From a virus (lineage: Duplodnaviria; Caudoviricetes), in the IMG/VR virus record IMGVR_UViG_3300048548_000571, positions 1 through 60,552 of that record: a DNA stretch of 60,552 nt; one strand, 5' to 3'. Numbering within the stretch: the stretch's first letter is position 1; every line of letters begins with the position of its first letter. The position numbers were made by a program, and so were the translations under genes. Below are positions 10,901 through 19,575 of the stretch, in pieces. The notes under the pieces are model-generated. The model saw only the letters and a list, made by a program, of their open reading frames with translations. It had not been told where the DNA came from and made no database searches.

Positions 10901-11211
10901 CTGGAGTAGATATTAACAGAAGCTTCTGTATTTGTGGTTAGACCAGTGATGACAATCGATGCTTCACCTGCTCTAGTACCATCTGCCCAGGTGAATAAAG
11001 TATTCTTATCTACCTCTTCAAGGTCACTAAATGCAAATGGATCTGGCGCAAAATCTTCTGGTATCGTGACAATATACCAGAGTGTGGTTTGATCACCGAT
11101 CTGAACCGTAACCGTCTGCGTTGTATTCCATGCTGAAGGAGCTTTGAACCTTAATCGGATCGTTTGTCCTTCATCTACATATACTGGGTTTGATCCGAAT
11201 GAAAAGCTCAT
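7954..11211 (-). CDS. Tail fibre protein with phage tail collar domain
   Basis: Thr/Ser-rich beta repeats; collar motif IGTVLT..GYLACDG..Y.DLF.VIG..YG..FKVPDYR; HSH motifs; ends KYIIKAY. Confidence 0.8.
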   Translation of the reverse strand: MSFSFGSNPVYVDEGQTIRLRFKAPSAWNTTQTVTVQIGDQTTLWYIVTIPEDFAPDPFAFSDLEEVDKNTLFTWADGTRAGEASIVITGLTTNTEASVNIYSSFYSSSVDDFAVRVQRVSQGETVYGAWTIPTLSNAIVVSNTDKLQVRLRSSQSEGSQTYLSLAVGARTERWNITTFVRPPNVPEPFPNFTDIINQPFDTRVYSEILRVTGLNAPALVVTSGNALAGVSDNNDFITDDNNFDVLAENGSAVTFNNATTTTVTITNGQYLQLAYNTGTNANVSVENLLSIGEGINLSSWNVTTGNFPSTTPGAFSFPDVANQPVDTQIESAIAPVNGITGLGAGTTVQATLVSTNPGSNYLTSRVRVHRADGSVTSKATFPVDVQNGDKLQIYTQSSPNNNATTGMIIKVGTRTISSWDITTELGADTDANYTTPSNLTGQPTGKSVASATVIVTGINRPIQIDASGYGKISIDFAAPVEGPVTFDPDVNTGFRVFLVTGTTLNNVITTNVTVGTGSGNTFAWSATTWASEPAAPELRGTWYAKKNAKVYYDASNSANVVVESKDDGMAIGTVLTILKQSLGPGRNTSPAAWVSDTYGDLSGGRDSRYPGYLACDGESYNVADYLDLFLVIGNQYGGTGNWDETTNTATGNFKVPDYRNRKLAGTGRVDGNAGSSAFLPSPSTFEPGNIGGWWYIDNVDVTTGDPTGTGQQSTPFQQWIGSGDTSDESIFFDIGTVKTVFNEPIQEDVDFTVTGNVNAIIGPLLDARVNTPAHSHFVVSAQTGPSQDPLIPWNARILGWQIRIDDDEMLGLGQGAWIDADLGDEYWQDRGDPADFAQRWKGKIDDYAGGEFSATMSRFFRGNTGETFEEFLERIAPSLPDAANNTFSGSAAWAKDWSMSVWWPHHVENGVRDRLQLVGSSEWTGSTYPFNNLVNQAPASAPAAAVGAGPGQSVAGGVLAGAVIDVDESQARVESYTPQIMLEDLDASVETHSHFLTTQAVTDINTDFSYGNVSGVGSARRGLGNAGTTINIGFTQSDVDVALNSGTFTLNESFKKPIPNVTFKPNKKVPLVENFHKVKYIIKAY

Positions 11212-11241
11212 TTAGTGCCTACGACCGTCACTATTTCTGTA

Positions 11242-11250
11242 GTATTTATC
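11242..11250 (-). promoter_or_regulatory. T4-type late promoter
   Basis: GATAAATAC about 30 nt upstream of the fibre gene. Confidence 0.6.
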
Positions 11251-12682
11251 AAGTTTGTCGAACGTTGTACCATACACCACCGTCGTCAATCTCAACCTGA
11301 ATAGGTGAAGAAGCTTTAACTTCTACTGGAATATCAACATCATCAATAACTATTTGTTCACTAGTAACTGTCACGTCAGGTGTGATAACAGGTTCTTCAC
11401 CAAGGAACTTATCCTCTGATGATGGAATGTCAATAGCATCTGGCATTTGGTCAATGTTGATATTAAATATCGATTCTTTCTCCACAAATTGACCACCAAG
11501 ACCATATGCTTTCATTTTTACCTTACCCTGACTATATCCCCTGTTGTTCCATCTAGGTATTGTACCAGATGTTTCATCACCAATCAATAAATTAACTGTA
11601 GTTTGTGATGGATCTGCACCAGTAAATGCAGGATGAGTGATCATGACACCATCTAGGTCTGTATATTCAACTGTCAAATCATATGAGGTGACCTCATCAA
11701 ATTCAAGTATTGCTTGAAAACTAGAGTCACCCCAATCAATCGTAGATGGGATAGTAAGAGATGCTGATGGTGGTTGAATAACAGTAAGAAGTAGTGACAC
11801 AGAATCTTGTAATCTACCACCATATCCTGGTGATGATGCATATAGAGTATATGTTGTTGTTTCTGTGGGTGATAGTGAAAGTGTCCCACTCAAATTCTGC
11901 AATCCAAGACCTGGTGAAATAGACATGGTTGTAGCATCACCAGAAGTAGACCACACAAGATTTGTACTATTGCCACGCAAAATTGTACTACCATTAGGGA
12001 ATGATGCGATAATCTCTGGTATCTCTTTTACATTAACAGGTATACTAAACGAATCATTTCTTGTTGGTGGTGCATAACTTACACTGTAAGTATATGTTGT
12101 GTTTGATGTAGGGTTAGCAACGAAAGAACCACCTCCATATTGAGAAGATGATAATGATCCTGGTGCGCCTTGACCAGAAATAGATCCAGTATACATGTAC
12201 TGTGAATCATTAGCAGACCAACTAACAGTTATAGCATCACCTTCAACAATAGTTTGAGTAGCAGTTGAACCATTAACAGTTAACTGTGGGTTTGGATTAG
12301 CATATATGCACCCAGAGTTTACATTAGCACTGCTGTTATAATTCACAGCATTGGAATCCATACAACCATAAGTTGCAGGTGGTCCAGAAAATGTACTGTT
12401 GCCAGTGAAAGTACCACCACCACTGACATATACAATCATGTCATTGTAGTCATTGTCAGCACCAGCACCTTGTCTATCATCTAAACCCAAAGTTTGACTA
12501 TTCAATCTTCTCAAGGCTGTATTTCCAGGACCACTACCGCTGCTACTTAAGTTATATGTCTGACCGAACCCAACATTAACAGATCTACTACCACTATTGG
12601 GTCCAATAGTTCCCCCTGGCATGCCGTAAATATAGTTTGAATCTCCAGCACTTCTTTGCCAGGAAATGTTGATGCTTGGCAT
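11249..12682 (-). CDS. Virion structural protein (Ig/PKD-like repeats; shared C-terminal module, paralog 1)
   Basis: P..TTTYTL repeats; C-terminal PDAIDIPSSEDKFLGEEPVITPD..DIPVEVK...IQVEIDD. Confidence 0.75.
   Translation of the reverse strand: MPSINISWQRSAGDSNYIYGMPGGTIGPNSGSRSVNVGFGQTYNLSSSGSGPGNTALRRLNSQTLGLDDRQGAGADNDYNDMIVYVSGGGTFTGNSTFSGPPATYGCMDSNAVNYNSSANVNSGCIYANPNPQLTVNGSTATQTIVEGDAITVSWSANDSQYMYTGSISGQGAPGSLSSSQYGGGSFVANPTSNTTYTYSVSYAPPTRNDSFSIPVNVKEIPEIIASFPNGSTILRGNSTNLVWSTSGDATTMSISPGLGLQNLSGTLSLSPTETTTYTLYASSPGYGGRLQDSVSLLLTVIQPPSASLTIPSTIDWGDSSFQAILEFDEVTSYDLTVEYTDLDGVMITHPAFTGADPSQTTVNLLIGDETSGTIPRWNNRGYSQGKVKMKAYGLGGQFVEKESIFNINIDQMPDAIDIPSSEDKFLGEEPVITPDVTVTSEQIVIDDVDIPVEVKASSPIQVEIDDGGVWYNVRQT
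11385..11440. repeat. 56-bp exact direct repeat, copy 1 (copy 2 at 14965-15020)
   Basis: ataacaggttcttcaccaaggaacttatcctctgatgatggaatgtcaatagcatc is identical at both loci; a diverged third copy lies at ~12818-12873. Confidence 0.9.
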
Positions 12683-14826
12683 TAGATACTCCTAATATTT
12701 CTCCATGTTCCATCATCATCGATCTCAACCTGAATGGGTGTATCAGATTTGATTTCTACTGGTATATCTATGTCATCAATGTACAGTTGTTCACTAGTAA
12801 GTGTTACATCAGGTGTAATAACAGGTTCTTCATCAAGGAATTTATCTTCAGATGATGGGATAGACAATTGATCTGGCAATTCATCGATATTAATTGTTGT
12901 TGTAGCACTGTCAGTTCCCTGTAGTGAACCCATACCATAAACAGTCAATCTAAAATCTACCTGACGTGCCCCAAAATCATCATACAATTGATCAGCAGTT
13001 ACAGTGTATGTGCCACCAACGTTTCCCCCACCAAGCGTAGCAATTTGAACATATCCATTACCATCCTTCTGCATCTCTAAAGCACCACCATCAGGAGATC
13101 CGCCGTCAGCAGTGATAGTCAAGAAGAAACTTCTAACGAATGTCGCTTGTCTTTGAGAAGAATTTACACTACTAATCATGTCAAAAGCAACTTCATATTG
13201 ATTTGCTGATACTAACTTCGGATAACCAGAAGTCAATGCAATTGATCCATTAGGATCTATGAGTCCACTTGCTCTCATCTGGGTGTCTGAAATACCCACA
13301 GTCATAGTTGGGTTGCTACCACCACTAATGTCAACAATATATTTCAAAGATTCAAGAGGATGACCCTCCGTGCCACTCAAACCAGGTTGAATGTACCTCG
13401 TAATAGAGACAGATACATTACTCAAAGGTGTTGTAGTTATATTTGGACCAGAATTATCAACATTAGTTGTCTCTGTTGATGTGTTAACAGCATTCGAGTA
13501 ATCATACTGCAGAACAATGTCATTACCATAGTCTGTAGTAAATGGTCCAATCAAATCTACAGTGGGTGGTTGATTAACAGTGATAAGTAGTTCAGCTGAA
13601 GCAGTTCCAGCAAGACCACCAACAGAAAAAGTATATAATGTTGTTTCTGTAGGTACTAGAGTTATATTTCCACTTAAATTCTGTGCTCCAAGGTTAGGAG
13701 ATAACTGTGCTGTTGATGCATATCCATCTGTTGTCCAACTTAATTGTACAGACTGACCTCTAGTAATAGTATTTGCTGGTGCATTACTAGTAAAATTTAC
13801 ACTTGGTATTTCGTATATCGTTGCAGTAATAGACGAAGATACAACTCCACCACTACCAGTAACTTCTAAAGTGTATGTTTTCGTTCCTATGTTGCCACCC
13901 TGCTGGTCAGATTGAGGAGTTACTGTAAACGAATTAGATGTTGTAGACGGAGCAATATAACCAAAATCAGTAAGAGTGATACCACTCATGTTTCTACTGC
14001 CATCGACTGCCCACTCGATGTCAACATTCTCACCCTCAATTAAATTAACAGTAGTTGAGTTTGCTCCATTTTGTTTGAAGTGGAAGTATGTGATTTGTGG
14101 TGGGGGGAGAGTATATGACAATACCATCCATCCATTACCTATGTTTGCATATCCACTGTTAACAATCCATCCAATGTCTCCCTGATCCCACCAACCAGAG
14201 TTGCCACCAATACCACTAAATCCACTGTAAGTAGCAGAACCAGCAGATCCACCAAATACACCAAGTGTTGATCCACCGCCGCCACCTCCACGGTGACCAA
14301 ACGGTGCGTTGCCGCCTGTTCTCCAGGATGGTCCTCCACCTTGATTACTAGTTGCACCACCGCCAATACCAGCACCGCCAGAATAAAGTCCTTGACTAGA
14401 ATAACCAGTATCGGGGTGAAATCTACCAGCACCACCACCGCCAGCACACCATGCAACATATCTATTAACACCACTATCATAAACAGCACTGGCACCGCCA
14501 CCACCTCCACCAGAACGGTGACCGTCACCACCTGGTGCTATAGGAGAAGTACCACCAGTACCACCTGATCCATATCCAGAACCTCGGTTATTGAATCCGT
14601 CAAATCCTCTTCTTCCAAGATAAAAAGTTAGAGTGTATGCATAAGATCTTGAGTTGATAGTAAAGTTACCTGCTCTACCTGAAGCACCATTTTCAATGTA
14701 CCACTCACCACCAACAGGTTTAGATCCGCCACCACCTGCGCCTGCGAAACTAAAATTGACATTTGTTGCTCCTGCAGGGACTGTGTAACTAAACGTACCC
14801 CAGGAATTATTAGAGAATGTTGGCAT
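12682..14826 (-). CDS. Virion structural protein (Gly-rich N-terminus; paralog 2)
   Basis: GAGGGG Gly-rich domain, PKD-like repeats, same C-terminal module. Confidence 0.75.
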   Translation of the reverse strand: MPTFSNNSWGTFSYTVPAGATNVNFSFAGAGGGGSKPVGGEWYIENGASGRAGNFTINSRSYAYTLTFYLGRRGFDGFNNRGSGYGSGGTGGTSPIAPGGDGHRSGGGGGGASAVYDSGVNRYVAWCAGGGGAGRFHPDTGYSSQGLYSGGAGIGGGATSNQGGGPSWRTGGNAPFGHRGGGGGGSTLGVFGGSAGSATYSGFSGIGGNSGWWDQGDIGWIVNSGYANIGNGWMVLSYTLPPPQITYFHFKQNGANSTTVNLIEGENVDIEWAVDGSRNMSGITLTDFGYIAPSTTSNSFTVTPQSDQQGGNIGTKTYTLEVTGSGGVVSSSITATIYEIPSVNFTSNAPANTITRGQSVQLSWTTDGYASTAQLSPNLGAQNLSGNITLVPTETTLYTFSVGGLAGTASAELLITVNQPPTVDLIGPFTTDYGNDIVLQYDYSNAVNTSTETTNVDNSGPNITTTPLSNVSVSITRYIQPGLSGTEGHPLESLKYIVDISGGSNPTMTVGISDTQMRASGLIDPNGSIALTSGYPKLVSANQYEVAFDMISSVNSSQRQATFVRSFFLTITADGGSPDGGALEMQKDGNGYVQIATLGGGNVGGTYTVTADQLYDDFGARQVDFRLTVYGMGSLQGTDSATTTINIDELPDQLSIPSSEDKFLDEEPVITPDVTLTSEQLYIDDIDIPVEIKSDTPIQVEIDDDGTWRNIRSI

Positions 14827-16346
14827 TACGTTATCTGTCTTACGTTCATCCAGTTATCACTATTATCAATTTCGACCTGAATAGGTTCGTTTGATTTAAT
14901 TTCCACTGGTATATCTATATCATTGATTACAATATTTTCAGATGTGACCTGTACATCAGGAGTAATAACAGGTTCTTCACCAAGGAACTTATCCTCTGAT
15001 GATGGAATGTCAATAGCATCAGGAGTCATATCAATAACAATATCGACATTCTTGGTTTCCTGCACAATTAGAGATCCATACCCATCAGCAGTAAATTGTA
15101 GTTCCAACGCTGTTGGTCCTACGGTATCATAAGGAAGACTAGTTCCAGGAATAGTATACATGGCACTATAAGAATTTCCTGTAGTGTTTGGTATAGCAAT
15201 GGGAGACATTGTAGAACCAGGTCCCTCATATTCATCAGTCTGTACTGTCACGAGAGTAACACCAGTTCCAGAAGGATCTGTGTTTGTACCACTAACCTCG
15301 ATTGTTATATCATCCCCATAATTTACACTGGATGGAACTACTATGTTTAACGTAGGTATTGTCAACACAGTGATAGTAGCGGTGTCACTACCACTACCAC
15401 CAGCACCAGTAACTGAAATTGTATATGTTATATCTGTAGTAGGAGAGACAGTTCTTGATCCAGTTAAATTTACAGCACCAATACCCTGGTTAATAGCAGC
15501 ATTACTAGCATCTGAAGAAGTCCAATCTAGAGATGCAGATTGACCCACAACAATGGTCGAAGGTGTCGCTGTTAATGTAGCAGTTGGTATTCGATATACA
15601 GTAAGATCAATAAAACGTTCTCTTGTATACACAGCATTATATGCAGTAATTGTGTACCTAGTGTTACTGCTAGGACCCACCACTGAAGATCCTGATGTGG
15701 CAAGGTTTTGTCCCAGTGCAGCACTACGAACCCCTTCTACATCTCCACCAGCAGACCACGAAACAGTTGCAGTTTGTCCTTCAATGATAGCAGTAGGAGA
15801 GAGTGATATACTTAATGAAGGTTGTTCATAATTCTGCTGCCAAACATATACAGCACCATGTCTACCAAATCTTCTGTAACCATTACCACCCTGTTGACCA
15901 CCGTTGCCAACACGTACATAGTATGAGTTACCAGGTACAGCGCCACTGTTGCCACGCGGACGACAACAGCGACTAGCGCCGCCTCCGCCACCACCACCAG
16001 TGAAGCTAGGTGATCTCCACTGACCAGCACCACCATATCCATATGGTCCATATCCAGAGTTAGCACGAGCATATTCACCATTAGAATAGTTGACGTAACC
16101 AGTCTGACCATAAGAATAATTTCCATAACCACCAGATCCACCAGAATTTAGATTTCCTGGGTTTCCACCATATCCTATCGTGCCAGGAGCACAACTATAT
16201 CCACCACCTTGTGCTGGTCTACCGTAACCTGCACTAGGGCGAGCGCCACCACCGCCCCCACCAACTGCCATGTAGCAGATATATTTTACATCACTGCTGA
16301 CATAATGATTGGTAGATGATGTGTAAAGTCGGCACGTCCATCCCAT
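14826..16346 (-). CDS. Virion structural protein (Gly-rich N-terminus; paralog 3)
   Basis: VGGGGGG Gly-rich domain, PKD-like repeats, same C-terminal module. Confidence 0.75.
   Translation of the reverse strand: MGWTCRLYTSSTNHYVSSDVKYICYMAVGGGGGGARPSAGYGRPAQGGGYSCAPGTIGYGGNPGNLNSGGSGGYGNYSYGQTGYVNYSNGEYARANSGYGPYGYGGAGQWRSPSFTGGGGGGGASRCCRPRGNSGAVPGNSYYVRVGNGGQQGGNGYRRFGRHGAVYVWQQNYEQPSLSISLSPTAIIEGQTATVSWSAGGDVEGVRSAALGQNLATSGSSVVGPSSNTRYTITAYNAVYTRERFIDLTVYRIPTATLTATPSTIVVGQSASLDWTSSDASNAAINQGIGAVNLTGSRTVSPTTDITYTISVTGAGGSGSDTATITVLTIPTLNIVVPSSVNYGDDITIEVSGTNTDPSGTGVTLVTVQTDEYEGPGSTMSPIAIPNTTGNSYSAMYTIPGTSLPYDTVGPTALELQFTADGYGSLIVQETKNVDIVIDMTPDAIDIPSSEDKFLGEEPVITPDVQVTSENIVINDIDIPVEIKSNEPIQVEIDNSDNWMNVRQIT
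14965..15020. repeat. 56-bp exact direct repeat, copy 2
   Basis: Identical to 11385-11440. Confidence 0.9.
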
Positions 16347-16360
16347 TTTCTACTTCCCGA

Positions 16361-18142
16361 TTAGAACTTGATGATGTAATGAACCATAATGAATGGAGTA
16401 ACAACCTGGTTCAATACATCAACTCTTTCAATATCAACGTCAATGTATGATTGCATGTTGTCAGTAGGAATATTAAATGGGGAATAGTTATAAACAAAGT
16501 TTTGGTTGTACGCCGTTGGTCTCTGAAGTCTATGTAAGTGGTTTGGTTCTCCATTAGGAATATTGAGGGTTGTTTCATCCATGCCATTAAATCCATCAGA
16601 GTTGGCAGAAAAAGAATTCTGCTGACTTCCTGTCATACCCTGACCATCAGTGTCATAGTTTCCAGTATAATTCAATACACTGACATCAGCACGGTGAGAG
16701 TGTGCCTGAAACTCATCAATGGTCAAGATGTAACCTTCAGTCTCTCTGATCATGTTATATCTCAAGTTTCCATTGAAGCTAATGTCTGAAGATGATCCTT
16801 CCACTTCCATACCAGCTTGCAATGAAACGGCACTAGTGCCATCTACTCTGACTACGCCATCACCATTATCATCTTCGAGTGAGATATTTCCATTGTGTCC
16901 ATTTTCAATGCGCCATGGTGTATTGAAGTTCCAGGATAGTTTATCACCAGTAACATATCCTTCACCAGGGTTGATGATGGCAAGAATCTTCCACTTTGTT
17001 CTACCACCGTCATCGCCTTGCATACGAATCTTGAATACTGCACCAGCGCCAGACCCACCTTGCATCTGGAAATTTTCTTCTACATAATCATTATCATCTT
17101 CCCAATAATCATACCGACTTCCAGTATCGTCCCAAAAGTCAGAACCAGCATTATTATAGAACCACTGATCAGTAGTTCCTGTTTGAAATCCTTCAGCTCC
17201 AAGAGGTGCAGAAACTGATGTAACTTTAAAAATTCTATTACCTGTTCCTGCCAGTTCATCCCACTCGACAACTGAACACTCGTCATCTACTTTATATCCA
17301 GATCCTCTCTGACCATTGACATATGCATTAAGTCTAACTTTCGACCTATTGAATTCACCATTTGGTTTTTGGTTTGGTTCGATGGTGACATTCATGACAC
17401 AACCAACACCATCGGTTAATCGATCTGTATTACCGCTGTTGTTTCTCCTGATTCTGAAGTCTCCTGTGATATTTTCATTGGGATTATTCCACCAGTTGGG
17501 ATTGTTCCCAGGAGCATTTCTATAACCATAATCACCAAATTCAGAACCTGCCCATGTATTTACAGTTAATCCAGAACCATCCACCTGTGTTACTTGACGC
17601 ATTAAGAATCCTGTAATAGCACCACCACCACCTACAGATCCATTGTATCCACTCCAACTAACGATACCATTGTTGGTAGAAGAACCAGAAGTATAATTGA
17701 CAAAGATTCTATTCTCCTGACCTTCAAGGACTGCCTGACACTCTACACCAACCTTTGTTGTGCTGGGTTTATTTTCCATGAAGACATTAGTATAATCTCC
17801 ACTACCACCACTAGGAATAATAACTTTAGATCCTAGATCGGGCAACTGAAAACTACCAAGATCATCTATCTCTGGATTTGGGTCTCTTAAAGTAGTTTTC
17901 TCTTTCTTGAATCTACACTCTTCACCAACACCGAGAATCTGTGCTAACAAATAATAATCTTTTGCATTATGTACTGACCCATCACACTTTAAGAATCCAC
18001 CAGGCAAATCATCCTTGAATTTTGCCGTATTAGGATCATTGTTGATACCGATACCAGGGGTCGTATGAATTTGGATAGTGCCAGGAACACCACCAAACAA
18101 AGACTTATTTCTTGTATAGTTAGTAGATTTAGACCTTACCAT
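16361..18142 (-). CDS. Tail collar domain protein (short fibre/baseplate-associated)
   Basis: GTIQIH..GGFLKCDGS...Y.LLAQILG..FQLPDLG; HSH/HLH; ends YIIKF. Confidence 0.78.
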   Translation of the reverse strand: MVRSKSTNYTRNKSLFGGVPGTIQIHTTPGIGINNDPNTAKFKDDLPGGFLKCDGSVHNAKDYYLLAQILGVGEECRFKKEKTTLRDPNPEIDDLGSFQLPDLGSKVIIPSGGSGDYTNVFMENKPSTTKVGVECQAVLEGQENRIFVNYTSGSSTNNGIVSWSGYNGSVGGGGAITGFLMRQVTQVDGSGLTVNTWAGSEFGDYGYRNAPGNNPNWWNNPNENITGDFRIRRNNSGNTDRLTDGVGCVMNVTIEPNQKPNGEFNRSKVRLNAYVNGQRGSGYKVDDECSVVEWDELAGTGNRIFKVTSVSAPLGAEGFQTGTTDQWFYNNAGSDFWDDTGSRYDYWEDDNDYVEENFQMQGGSGAGAVFKIRMQGDDGGRTKWKILAIINPGEGYVTGDKLSWNFNTPWRIENGHNGNISLEDDNGDGVVRVDGTSAVSLQAGMEVEGSSSDISFNGNLRYNMIRETEGYILTIDEFQAHSHRADVSVLNYTGNYDTDGQGMTGSQQNSFSANSDGFNGMDETTLNIPNGEPNHLHRLQRPTAYNQNFVYNYSPFNIPTDNMQSYIDVDIERVDVLNQVVTPFIMVHYIIKF

Positions 18143-19572
18143 TAGTATGCTCTGATGATGTATATACAGGTGAGTTTGGGTTGTGCAGTAGTGAATTCAA
18201 TTGATAATGCTCCTTCATTCTGCGTATTGTCTGGATTTGTGCTAGGGGGCAAATTAACATTAGCAAGAATACTCGACTGGGGTTTTAATCTGGTCGAATC
18301 AAAATCAATATCAAATGTGCCATGATCATGAGGATAAATTTTATCCGTACCAGGTGCATCTGCTAGAAAGTCATATGCTGGGTGACTCAACAAAGTTCTG
18401 CCGCTAACGTCATTTTCTGGTTGAGTATCATTAAAGTAATTCCTGATTCCCACTGGAACATTAACTTCATTTCCACCAGCACCATATGGAATACTTTGTT
18501 CATTTGGTCCGCCAATAAAGTATGCATCCTCGTGTTTATCTGTATCAAGGAAAGCTGGCGTCAATGGCGTATATCTCAACTCTCTTGGTTTAAGGTTAAT
18601 TGGAGGAGATTCTGAATACGATAAACCAAAAACTTTATTAGGAACACCATCATTTCTTCCATCAGGACTCTCCTCACCATTATTTCCCTGCTCTGGCCAT
18701 CTGTAAGAAAGTAGTGCAGGATAATTTGGTGCATCGTTTACAGATTGGAAATTTCCAAACAAACCACCAATGATACCTGGTCGAATGTTTACAGGAGTTC
18801 CAACTTCACTTCTTTCTGTAGGATCACCAGTATGTCTGCCTTGGATATTATTATCAGTCCAACCAAAGAATATAAGGTCACCATCACCAACATCACCAAC
18901 ATCACCACCACTGTCGATGTCAACCGCTGACACATATAATGTATATGATATTGGAAAGTAAGGAACAACACCATCACCAGGATATCTCGGGTCGTCATTC
19001 CTAATAGTCGAGACGTTTCCAGGATGATTATGTCTAGTAATATGCTTTCTACCTAGTTTTCTAGGAGCAACATATACTGTCTTTGTTCCTTCACCAGCAA
19101 GAATAGTATTACCAGTAATTTTTCCTTGATAACCAGTTCTGTCGCTTGGACTAATTTGGAAAATAATGTCTGTCGTGATGTCAGTATAACTACCAGTAAG
19201 TGCCATTCCTTGAGTATTCTGTTTCTTACTACCAACGATAGAGCTCATAATAGATCTAGCGTCAGTATCACTATCCGCCGCTCTTCCAGTAAGAGGAAAA
19301 TAGTCATTCTCAATATCCATCAGCATTCTACCATTTAGATCTGGTAGAGTAATCAGTCCAGTATATGATGGGAATGTTCCGTTGAAATTACTACTAGTTC
19401 CCATGTTATATGAGTCACCAATAGTAGCAGCCAACAGAGGGAAATCATCCGCAGGTAATGTTCCCCCATCACAAATGACCCAACCATGGGGGATAGAACT
19501 TAATCCCCCTGTCCACGCCATAATGGTGCCGATAACGGCACCTTTTGCTTCATGTCTTTCCTGATAAAACAT
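18142..19572 (-). CDS. Tail collar domain protein
   Basis: IGTIMAWTG..IPHGWVICDG...FPLLAATIG..Y..LPDLNGR; ends YIIRAY. Confidence 0.82.
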   Translation of the reverse strand: MFYQERHEAKGAVIGTIMAWTGGLSSIPHGWVICDGGTLPADDFPLLAATIGDSYNMGTSSNFNGTFPSYTGLITLPDLNGRMLMDIENDYFPLTGRAADSDTDARSIMSSIVGSKKQNTQGMALTGSYTDITTDIIFQISPSDRTGYQGKITGNTILAGEGTKTVYVAPRKLGRKHITRHNHPGNVSTIRNDDPRYPGDGVVPYFPISYTLYVSAVDIDSGGDVGDVGDGDLIFFGWTDNNIQGRHTGDPTERSEVGTPVNIRPGIIGGLFGNFQSVNDAPNYPALLSYRWPEQGNNGEESPDGRNDGVPNKVFGLSYSESPPINLKPRELRYTPLTPAFLDTDKHEDAYFIGGPNEQSIPYGAGGNEVNVPVGIRNYFNDTQPENDVSGRTLLSHPAYDFLADAPGTDKIYPHDHGTFDIDFDSTRLKPQSSILANVNLPPSTNPDNTQNEGALSIEFTTAQPKLTCIYIIRAY

Positions 19573-19575
19573 GTA

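Noticed and set aside
11249-16346. Diversity-generating retroelement or shufflon explanation for the C-terminal repeats
   Set aside because: No reverse transcriptase or recombinase in the window, differences are not adenine-specific, and the repeats are direct and all coding
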